From NCBI RefSeq assembly GCF_020745735.1, contig NW_026867442.1, forward strand, positions 49,040 to 113,039: DNA of 64,000 nucleotides. The letters run 5' to 3'. The translations under genes were made by a program, and so were the position numbers. This stretch comes from Hemiscyllium ocellatum. Its lineage: Eukaryota. This document shows, one piece after another, positions 50,001 to 60,199 of this stretch. The notes beneath the pieces were generated by a model. It was not told where the DNA came from. It was given only the letters and a program-made list of their open reading frames with translations, and did not search any database. The first letter of the stretch is position 1. Each line of letters starts with the position of its first letter.

Positions 50001-51419
50001 TCATCTCATCTGCTGTGCTTGACATTTGATTCCTAATCCCTTCCATGCTCTCAGTCCTACTACATCTTCCAGAATCTTTGCTAACCTCTCCTGAGCCCTC
50101 CTCCACTTTAACTAGTTTAAATTACTTGGAAACTCAATTTACCTCGATTTGGGGCATCACTTTGTCTCCCTGACTCGGAATGCTTCGTGCATTTAGACAC
50201 AAAATCTTTAAGGTTGATCTATTCTTGACTTTCCCTGCACTTTTATGGCATCTTTGATATTCAAAAATTCCCTCCCTTCCTTTTATTTTTTGGTAACAAT
50301 CAATCCCATCACTAACCAGCAATCCTACCTTCTCCTTTACCTTCCATTTTCTCATTGTCCATCCAACTGAACCAAATTACTTTCTCAGGAATTTTTTATC
50401 CTTGAACCAAAATCATGAAGAATGCTCTTTGATCTCATTGCTTCCAGTGGGATCTTGGTGTGTAGAAATTGGCTGCCCCTTTCCTGAAATTGCAACAGTG
50501 ACTGGTTTTGAAGCAAAGTGTAACTGTCTTTGGCAGAGTCTGAGGTGCTGAGGGCTTGACTGAAACACAATTAGAGTCATAGAGATGTACAGCATGGAAA
50601 CAGACTCTTCGATCTGACTCATCCATGTCAACCACAGCGACATAGTGTCATAGAGATGTACAGCACAGAGATAGATCCTTCTGTGTAACTCATCCAGGCC
50701 GACCAGATAACCTAAATTAATCTAGCCCCATTTGTCAGCATTTGGCCCATATCCTTCTAAACCCTTCCTATTCATATACTCACCCAAATGCCTTTTAAAT
50801 GTTACCATACCACCTCCACCACTTCCTCTGGCAGCTCATTCCAAAAATGTACCACTCTTGCAGGAAAACGTTATGCCTTAGTTCCCGTTTAAATCATTCT
50901 CCTGATACTTTCCACCTATGCCCCCTAGTTCTGGACTCCTTCACTCTGACCAAAATATCTTCTCTACTCCCTTGATCAATGTCCCTCATTGTGTTAGAAA
51001 CCTCGATATGGTCACCCCTCAGCCTCCACCGATCCAGGGAAAATAGCCTCAGCCTATTCAGCCTCTCCCGATCGCACAAACCCTCCAACTTGACAACATC
51101 CTTGGAAATCTTTTCTGAACCATTTTAAGGTTCCCAACATTTTTCCTACAGCAGGGAGGCCAGAATTCCACAGAGAATTCCAAAAGGGGCCAAACTAATG
51201 TCCTGTACAGGTGCAACAGTTCCCAACTCCAATACTCAATGCGTTGCCCAATAAAGGAAAGCATGGCAAATGACTTTGTCACTCCCTGACCTACCTGCAA
51301 CTCCACTTTCAAGGAGCTAATCGTTTTTGGGATGAACTGGGAGTCTTTCAGTTGTGCTTTTCAGAATCATCCTGTTCAGAAACAAACTTCTTGCTTTCAC
51401 GCTCAACTAAAAATAAGAT

Positions 51420-51760
51420 GAAGGAGGTGATGATTTAATGGTACTATTGCTGAGCTGTTCATCCAGAGATCCAGATTAATGTTCTGGGGGCCAGAGTTAG
51501 AATCCTGTGGCAGCAGATGGTTGAATGTGAATTCAATAAAAAAATCTGCAATTAAGAGTCTAATGATGACCATGAAACAATTGTTGATTGTCAGGAAAAA
51601 GCCATCTGATTCCCTGATGTCCTTTAAGGAAGGAAACTACCATCCTTACCATGTGACTCCAGACCCACAACAATTTGGTTGACTCTAAACTGCCCTCTGG
51701 GTGATTAGGGATTGGCAATAAATGCTGATCCTGCCAGTGACACTCACATCCCAAGAAGCA
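51420..51760 (+). mobile_element. SINE-like repeat before the C exon
   Basis: tRNA-like head GGAGGTGATG..AATGGTACTATTGCTGAGCTG; tail similar to the LINE tail at about 16040-16150. Confidence 0.5.
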
Positions 51761-51896
51761 ACTTAAACAATGCCTGTTCTTTTCTGGGGTTTGTTAGGTA
51801 TTGGCTACAAATGTTCAAACATTTTATCAGTGAATATTCTGAGAGTTGAAATCACTTCAAATGGCAGGGATTAAAATTGTTTCTCTTGTCTTTCAG

Positions 51897-52225
51897 GCCA
51901 TGACAACTCTCAGCCCAAGCTTACCCAGCTGCCCCCCTTCCCGGAACAGATCAATGCCAAGGGTACTGCCACCCTGGTGTGCCTTGCCAATCACTTCTAT
52001 CCCGATGAGCTGGAGGGGCAGTGGAAGAAGGACGGTGCAGTCATTTCGGATGGGGTTCAGACCAGCAACTACCTGCGAGCTTCGGACAGCACCTACAGTG
52101 TCAGCAGCCTGCTGACCCTCTCTGAGTCTGACTGGGAGTCCAACGCTCACTTCTCCTGCGCTCTCACCCATGTGACCCTCCCCTCTCCCCTCAGCAAGAG
52201 CATCAGGAGATCAGAATGTGTGTAG
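51897..52225 (+). CDS. IGKC: Ig kappa-type light-chain constant exon, cluster 2
   Basis: Acceptor TTTCAG/GC in phase with J (A+GC=Ser); HDNSQPKLTQLPPFPEQINAKGTATLVCLANHFYPDELEGQWKKDG..YSVSSLLTL..FSCALTH..SECV-stop; both Cys, Trp and terminal Cys intact. Confidence 0.97.
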
Positions 52226-52749
52226 AGTGTTTGAGACAGTCCACAGAGGAGACACAACTTTAAATAGAACAGGGCTGAGCTGGCAGGACAAAGGTCATTG
52301 TCAGCACTGAATTTCAATTCTCTTCCTTCTCAGGATTGCTCAGAGACACTTCTGAGGTTTGGATATAAAAGCAAATCATTGCGACAGTGTCGACGGAGCT
52401 TTACGCTGTGTCAAACCCCATGCTGTCCCTGTTCTGGGAGTCTTTGGTGGGACAGAATTGACTTGTAATGCCAAGTAAAATCTCTTGAAGTTGCTGAAGA
52501 CTGTCAGCTGTACAAAACAATGTGAACCTCAGAATTCTCTGCTTCAGTAAACCAGATCTCCTTTCTGCTTAGCTCTCAGTTCCAATTTAAGGTTTTGTCA
52601 CTGTTTAAAGGGACAGGATTCTCATGTTATTGAGCAAATCTCCACAAGTGTTTTCCTCAAGCTCCATTGTGGCTGTGAATTTGTGCAGCTTCCTCTGTCT
52701 GGGCTGTTAATTGCTGACTGTTTTCTGTCAATGTCAATCTGGAAAAGGG

Positions 52750-52791
52750 AATAAAGATGAAGAAGATTCAGTCTCTGTGTCTGTGTGCTTT
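52750..52791 (+). terminator. Probable poly(A) signal and GT-rich downstream element
   Basis: AATAAA 52750-52755 then GTCTCTGTGTCTGTGTGCTTT; AATAAA conserved in the inverted copy (57963-57968). Confidence 0.55.
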
Positions 52792-52974
52792 GGAGATTGA
52801 CCACTCCATTCAGCTGATTGTGACAATGCCATGCTGAAATGCAGCCAATTGGCTCATTGGCCTGTCAATCAATGACACATCTGTTGTAGAGGATACTGAC
52901 AGCCAATCATCAATCACTTTCAAATGATCTCTTTGATCTGGAATCATTGGAGGTTACAAAATTCCAAACAGATC

Positions 52975-54375
52975 TCCATTAATGACCACCTGGACCATCT
53001 CTGACACCTCTCTCCCCTTCCTGGACCTCTCCATCTCCATTAATGATGACCGACTTGACACTGACATATTTTACAAAACCCACCAACCCCAAGGATTCCA
53101 CCTCTTCCCAACCTACCTCCTGCAAAAATGCCATCCCATATTCCCAATTCCTCTGCCTCCACCATATTTGCTCCCAGGAGGACCAGTTCCACCACAGAAC
53201 ACACCAGATGGCATTCTTCATTAGAGACCGCAATTTCCCTTCCCATGGGGTCAAAGATGCCCTCCATCTCATCCACATTCCACCCCTCCGCCCTCAAACC
53301 CCACCCCTCCAACCATAACAAGGACAGAACTCCACCCCCCCCCCACCCCAGTGCTCACCTTCCACCCTACCATCCTTCGCATAAACCACATCATCCGACG
53401 ACATTTCCGCCACCTCCAAATGGACCCAACCACCATGGATATATTTCCCTCCCCACCCATTCCTGCTTTCCGCAAAGACCGTTCCCTCCGTGACTACGTG
53501 GTCAGGTCACGTTCCCCCAACAACCCACCCTCCCTTCCATGCACCCTCCCCTGCCATCGCATGAATTGCAAAACCTCTGACAACACCTCCTCCCTCACCT
53601 CCATCTAAGGCCCCAAAGGAGCCTTCCACATCCATCAAATTTTTACCAGCACACCCACCAATGTCATTTATTGTATCTGTTGCTCCAGATGCGATCTCCT
53701 CTACATTGGGGAGACTGGACGTCTCCTTGCAGAGCGCTTTAGGGAACATCTCAGGGACAACTACACCAATCAACCCCACCGCCCTGTGGCCCAACATTTC
53801 AACTCCCCCTCCCATTCTGCCAAGTACAGGCAAGTCCTGGGCCTCCTCCGCCGTCGCTCCCTCACCACCAGACGCCTGAACGAAGAACACCTCATTTTCC
53901 ACCTCGGAACACTTCAATCCCATGGCATCAATGTGGATGTCACCAGTTTCCTCATTTTCCATTCCCCCACCTCACCCCAGCTCCAAACCTCCAGCTCAGC
54001 ACCATCCTCGTGACCTGTCCTACCTGCTTATCTTCCTTTCCACCTATCCACTCCAGCCTCCTCTCTGATTTATCACCTCAATTCCCACCCCCACTCACCT
54101 ATTGTACTCTTTGCTACCTTCCCCCATCCTCCTCTCTGACCTATCACCTCCATCCCCATCCTCAATTGACCTATTGTACTCCATGCTACTTTCTCCCCAC
54201 CCCCTCTTATTTATCTCACCACTCTGCAGGCACCCTGCCTCTATTCCTGATGAAGGCCTTTTGCCCAAAATGTTGATTTTTCTGCTCCTTGGATGCTTCC
54301 TGACCTGCTGTGCTTTTCCAGCACCACTCTGATCTTGCCTCTGGTTTCCAGCATCTGCAGTCCTTGTTTTTAACC
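52975..54375 (+). mobile_element. 5'-truncated Penelope-like element (RT end, GIY-YIG endonuclease, pLTR)
   Basis: LPFLDLSISI..TDIFYK (52982 onward); frameshifted NVIYCI.C..C.LLYIGETGR.L..RFREH..VAQHFNSPSH; degenerate hammerhead near 54247. Confidence 0.85.
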
Positions 54376-54729
54376 TAGAAACAGAAAGTTGTGAGGACTC
54401 AATAATTACAATCTTAGGCGTTCCCTCTTTACTCTGTGGTCCAGGCCTCAGGTGCTGGGATTGCACTCTGCATGCTGTGTTGTACCTGAAATAATCTGAG
54501 GCCAATCACTGACACTGCAGGCTGCGTGTCCCTCTGAGTGTGAGTACGCTACATAATGCTGGCTGGAGGTGCCAATCTGAGGGTCGGTTAGTTATTCACA
54601 GAGACACCAACAGGCAGCATGGAGCATTACTCAGTGCTGCCTGACTCTGAGTGTGTGTTACTCAGTGATGCCTGTAGGTGTCTGTGTGTGTGTGTGTGTT
54701 ATTCTGCACTGGCTGTAGGCAGTGCAATG

Positions 54730-54960
54730 ATTTGGAGATGCCGGTGTTGGACTGGGGTGTACAAAGTTAAATATCACACAACACCAGGTTATCGTCCAAC
54801 ACGTTTAATTGGAAGCACACTAGCTTTCAGAGCGCCACTCCATCATCAAGGGAGAATCCTCCACAACCACCTGATGATGGAGTGGCGCTCCGAAACCTTG
54901 TACTTCCAATTAAACCTGAGGGACTATAACCAGGTGTTGTGTGATTTTTAACTTTGTATC
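54730..54960. mobile_element. Penelope-like pLTR fold-back (second family)
   Basis: ATCACACAACACCAGGTTAT arm and its inverse; degenerate CTGATGA..GCTCCGAAAC cores on both strands. Confidence 0.7.
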
Positions 54961-55190
54961 TCAATGAGTGCGAGTGTGTTACTCTGTGCTGCCTGTCGGT
55001 GTCTCTGAGGTATTTGTCTCTGAGTGATGGGGAGAGAATGGGTTTTGTGATGGGGATTGAAGATTAGGCTTTAATGTTGTCAAATCTCGGAAGAAAAACA
55101 ACTCAGTCTGAGATGGCAGCTCATTGAGGTGGCCAAGGTTAAAAATCACACAACACCAGGTTATAGTCCAACAGGTTTCTTTGGAAATAC

Positions 55191-55219
55191 AAGCTTTCGG
55201 AGCACTGCTCCTTCATCAG
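55191..55219 (-). ncRNA. Minimal hammerhead core (second family) in a pLTR fragment at about 55130-55230
   Basis: CUGAUGA-A-GGAGC-AGU-GCUCC-GAAAG-CUU; palindromic AGCU. Confidence 0.65.
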
Positions 55220-55964
55220 GCAGCTAGTGGGGCAGGATCATAGTTCACAGAATTTACAGTGAAATTGAGATGGCAGCTGAGAAAGGTGAATACTGAGAGT
55301 GTATTCTCAATAAGGGAGGGATTTCAGAGGCAGTGCACACGGTGCTCCCTAATGTGCTCCCCAATTACAAAGGGATTTTCTGGAGCTGGGATCATTGCAG
55401 TGGTGGCTGCCTGCTCAGCCAATGCTGACTAGCCATAGTCGTATTTCAATGGTCAATTAGCTCTAAACTAGATGCAGTAATGTTACCTTACAGGGAGGAG
55501 TGCAGTGAGTGAGGTTGAATTCTTGCAGACCCAAGAGGGATTGCAGTGGATTAATTTTGGGCATTAGCTCTTCATTAGGAATGGAAGGAAGGCCAACCTC
55601 TCCCAAAGGCAGCAACAGGCTGGATCAAAGGGGCATCAAGAGTAAGCATGGGGAGATTGAGGGTGACAGAAGGAGGGGGTTGGTTGGCAGGTTGTTATTC
55701 AGAGTCAGATACCAGAGTATTAGTCCTTCTGACACTCCCCTTTTTATCTGTCAGCCGGGGCTCCCTAATGGACAAGGTTAACAGCCCATCAAGGAACTTA
55801 TATTTTATTGAAAAAAAAAATTATCGAACAAGGAGCACAAGAGCTAAACGAGACAAGACAAAATGAATGGTTTCATTACGAACATCACAAATGAGATTTG
55901 GGAAATAAGATGTTCATTCTGGGTGATGGGAATCTGGAATGGCCTGTCACAGAATTCACAGTGT

Positions 55965-56277
55965 GGAAACAGGCCATTTGGCCCAACAAGCCAACACCAA
56001 CCCTCTGAAGACAGACTCCCTGAGACACATTCCCCTACCCTTTTACTCAACAATTCCCCTGACTGACAGATTCTTGATCACTGTGGCAATTTTAGAATGG
56101 CCAACTCACATAACCTGCACATCTTGGATTGTGGGAGGGAACTGGAGCACACAGAGGAAACCCACACAGACACAGGGGGAGTGTGCAAACTCCACAAAGA
56201 CAGTCACCTCGGGCTGGAATCGAACCCAGGTCCTTGGTGCTGTGAGTCAGCAGTGCTAACCACTGAGCTACCATACT
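55965..56277 (-). mobile_element. HE1-like SINE
   Basis: Same head, core and tail as the other copies. Confidence 0.75.
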
Positions 56278-57659
56278 GCACATTAAAGAACAGGAGCTTT
56301 TGTTAAACTCCGTGAGCCTGACGTGATATGAATTATAAACACACAACCCTCTGTCAGGGAAGGTAGTGGAGGTTGGAAACCTTACAACATTTAAATATCA
56401 TAACATGCAAGGATTTGGGATAAGTGCAGGAAATTGGGATTAGAGTGCCTTTAGTGGTAGTTATGCCAGTGCAGACCCAATGGGCCAAAGGGCCTTTTCT
56501 GTGCTGTATCAATCTACACTCCATGCTGAGGAGGCAGCGCAGGTTAATGGTGACTAGGTTAGACAGTTCCAAGATGGCAAATCAATGATCAAGGGTCAGA
56601 GGAAATGGCTCAAGCTTCAGTGAAGGCCCAAGTAAGTGCTTGGGAGGAGCATCAAGGTTAATGGAGACAAGGTCAATGGAGACTGAATGAGATCACAGCG
56701 TGCTGCCTGGCATCTCCAGGGGTTGTAGTGAGGCATGTGGGGACAAGAGGGAAGTGTGTAGGGAGGAAGTGCAGTTTCAGTTGAAATGCGACCTTTGCCA
56801 GCAACAGCATGACCTTCAGCACCAGGGGGTGTCCCTGACTGTGTCGGGCTCACTGGCTGCTCTCTATGTGATTCCACACAGCCACCCATGTGGTCACCAC
56901 GCAAGATCTTGCTCTTGTCTACACTACTGTCTACACCACCATCTGCAACTACTGTCTGGACCTTCTGTCTACAACACCATCTGCTCCCACTGTCTGCACC
57001 CTCAGTCTGCACCACCATCTGCACCCACTGTTTGCATCCACCATCTACACTACTGTCTGCACCCTCCATCTACACCTCCCATCTTTCTGCTGCTGTAAGA
57101 TTGGATACAATGATTCCATTGAAATTACTGTACCCGAAGCCTGAATTTTGGAACCAGCAATGATTGTCTTCTGACTCTGACCTACAAAGTCTGTGTTCCA
57201 TGTAATGGAAAATTAACAAAATTAACATTTACTCTGAAATCCATTTACTCTGAAATTTGAAAGACAGTGCTTGACTAAAATTAAAACTTTCTGACACTTT
57301 GCTGAAGTATGCAGTTGAGGGACAGCTTCTCTCTGAAGAACTTTGTAAATATTCAACAAGAGAAAAATATAAGAACAGTCTGTCCACAACAAGGGAATGA
57401 AAAGAATAACAACTCAAATCTTCACAGTCTTTGTCCTTGAGAGTGTGATAAGAAACAGGATAAGGCGAATATCTGAATTATGCTCAGGGTCCTTGCACAA
57501 GGCATTTTTGTCAAGTGCATGTGGTCCCCCTGCAATGCAGAGGTTAAAAAAAATCATAAAGCTCTTTTTGGTTGCTCTTGCTAATAGTTGAGTCGAGTCA
57601 ATTTAATTTCCACAACATTCCACAATGGGCTGAGTAATATTAATTACTGAATGCTATTT

Positions 57660-57925
57660 GATTTCTGTGATGGCAGGACTGATGTATAAGGAGAGGTTGA
57701 GTTGTTGAGGATTGTGTTCACTGGACTTTAAAACACTTAAGGAAGGGAACCTTGGAGAAAGCTATAAAATTGGACTAGGTCAAATGGAGTAAGGATGTTC
57801 CCGATGGTGGGGAAGTCCAGAACCAGGCTCATAGTTTAAGGTTAAGAGGTAAACTCTATAGGACAGAAATGAGGAAAAATGTCTTCACCCAGAGAGTAGT
57901 GAGTCTGTGGAATTCTCTGTCACAG
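57660..57925 (+). mobile_element. CR1 3' fragment
   Basis: MRKNVFTQRVVSLWNSL motif. Confidence 0.75.
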
Positions 57926-58374
57926 AAAGCACACACGAGACAGAGACTGAATCTTTTTCATCTTTATTCCCTTTTCCAGATTGACATTGACAGAAAACAT
58001 ACTACAATGAACAGCCCAGACAGAGGAAGCTGCACAAATTCACAGCCACATTGGAGCTTGAGGAAAACACTTGTGGAGATTTTCTCAATAACCTAAGAAT
58101 CATGTCCCTTTAAACAGTGACAAAACCTAAAATTGGAACTGATAGCTGAGCAGGAAGTAGGTCTGTTTTACTGAAGCAGAGACTTCTGAGGTTCACATTG
58201 TTTTGTACAGCTGACAGATTTCAGCATTTTCAATAGGTTTGATTTGGCATCACAGGACATCACTGCCCCAGTCAAACACTCCCAGAACAGGGGCAGCATG
58301 GAGTTTGATAGAGAGTAGAGCTTCTTTTTGATGATCGCAATGACATGCCTTAACCCTTGAACCTCAGAAGTGTC
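57925..58374 (-). pseudogene. Orphan inverted copy of the IgL C 3' UTR (relic of a third cluster)
   Basis: Reverse complement aligns to 52345-52791; ORFs 52622-52804 and 57869-58096 share LYSLFQIDIDRK..NSPDRGSCTNSQP; no C exon follows within the window. Confidence 0.85.
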
Positions 58375-59200
58375 GCCAAGCCAATCCCTAGAAGGAAGAG
58401 AGTTGTATCAGAACACTATTCCAACGAGCCACCACACACTGCAGTACAGACGAACTTCAGAAAACAGAGGAGAACCACCTATACAACGTATTCAGGAAGA
58501 ACGGATATTCAAAAAATACAGTACACAGATTCCTCAAGAACAAACCACGACAAGCAGGCCAAACACAGCCAGAAACCCTAACCACCTTACCATATATCAA
58601 AGAAGTTTCATTAATGACAGCCAGACTACTATCACCTCGGAATCCTAGTAGCACACAAACCCACCAACACTCTCAAACAAAAACTAACAAACTTAAAAGA
58701 CCCAGTACAACCCATGGACAAAACCAACGTCATCTACAAAATTCCATGCAATGACTGCCACAAACACTACATAGGACAAACAGGAAGAAAGTTAGCCACC
58801 AGGATACACGAACACTAGCTAGCCACAAAAAGACAGAACCCTCTCTCCCTCGTAGCCCTACACACGGATGAAAAAACCCTCCATTTTGACTGGGACAACA
58901 CATCTATCCTGGGACAGGCTAAGCAAAAACATACCAGAGAATTCCGAGAGGCCTGGCACACCAACCACAACGCCATAAACATACACATAGATCTAGATAC
59001 CATCTATCAAACCCTCAGAAAATGAACAGAAAATGACATCACCACAAGCCTCAGGAACCCCATACAGGAGGAAGAAATAAATAGAAAGCAGGAGACAACA
59101 GCTTTGCTTCCTGTGGAGGTCGCCACTGATGATGTTACCTAGCCAGGTAATGAAGCGTCTGGATATCAAACTTACAGCTCAGCGAGCAAACCTACACGCC
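58375..59200 (+). mobile_element. 5'-truncated Penelope-like element (GIY-YIG) with a hammerhead-like pLTR
   Basis: NVIYKIPCNDCHKHYIGQTGRKLATRIHEH-stop at about 58725-58820; CUGAUGA-U-GUUAC..GUAAU-GAAGC-GUC at 59126-59159. Confidence 0.9.
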
Positions 59201-60199
59201 TTAAAACAAACATTTTTATACTTCTCTTAAAGAAAGGTACAGGCCATTATCGTATAGTACATTCAGATAATTACCAACTAACTTATGAAACAATCTTAAC
59301 TGACAGCTACTCGGTCCAATGATATTTCCTGGGAACCAACTTTGTTTTCCAACATTTAAGCCACCCTAACCTCACTAACCGAGTCTTGCCATCTGCACTT
59401 GAAGGTCAGTTAGATTGGCCAGTAATGTCTCATCTAGTCTAGTTATTTCTATGCTGTAAAGGAAGCATTGTCTGCTAATCTCTGTTGAAGCTGACTGTGA
59501 TTAGTCAATTATGCAGCTCGAACAGCGTTAAAAGCTATTTTATGCAGCTTTTAACGGAATTGTCAATTTGCAAACGAGAAGCCATTATGTCATATTATTT
59601 GCATTGAGAAGCCATTTTGTTCCCACTTAAGTTAGTAACAGCATGGGTTAAGTGGTTGTTCCTGACAACAACTAGTTACCTCAGTCTGTATTCAGGTTTC
59701 AGATCCTCAGGAGATAGAGATAAGGAAGTGGGAAGCAAAACAAAGGTCATATTTCATGTATAAAAGGGTATTGAATATGAATGGGCAGTGATCTTGTCCA
59801 TTTCATTATTTGAAAAGTTTCACCGTGGGGGTCGGATCACAATATATGTGGCAGTTCTCCATTCCAACAATACTCAATACTTTGGAGAAATCTTTCACCC
59901 ACTAGACTGCTTTAAGGCACATCTCAAAAAACCACCCAACTGAACTGATTATATTCTATATGAACATATAATATTCTGCAGCAGCAAGTATACAGGTTTT
60001 ATGTCAAATGCAACGTTCCGCCATCATTTCATCTTTAAAAATAATGATTTATTCTCTTTCTTTTTCATATACAGAATAAACAGATCGACTTCATAACAAA
60101 TGCATCTTTTTTTTTAAAACAATGTTAAACTCCAAACAGTTCTGGCCACGAAATATTTCATCTCAAAAGATTGATTGAGCATGGGGGTCAAAAGGCAAG

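Larger units (their letters stand above)
43790..51320 (-). mobile_element. Stack of decayed CR1 elements filling the cluster 2 J-C intron (mirror of 1190-9745)
   Basis: Paired ORFs such as 50134-50355 with 2127-2348, 48633-49034 with 3241-3639, 48206-48442 with 4530-4784. Confidence 0.9.

Noticed and set aside
56915-57085. His/Cys-rich ORFs as a metal-binding protein, or the repeats as a CRISPR-like array
   Set aside because: Degenerate short tandem repeat (CATCTGCAC/CTACAC) with no unique spacers, in eukaryotic DNA
57925-58374. Processed retrocopy of light-chain mRNA
   Set aside because: No poly(A) tail, and the match runs beyond the putative cleavage site into the GT-rich element
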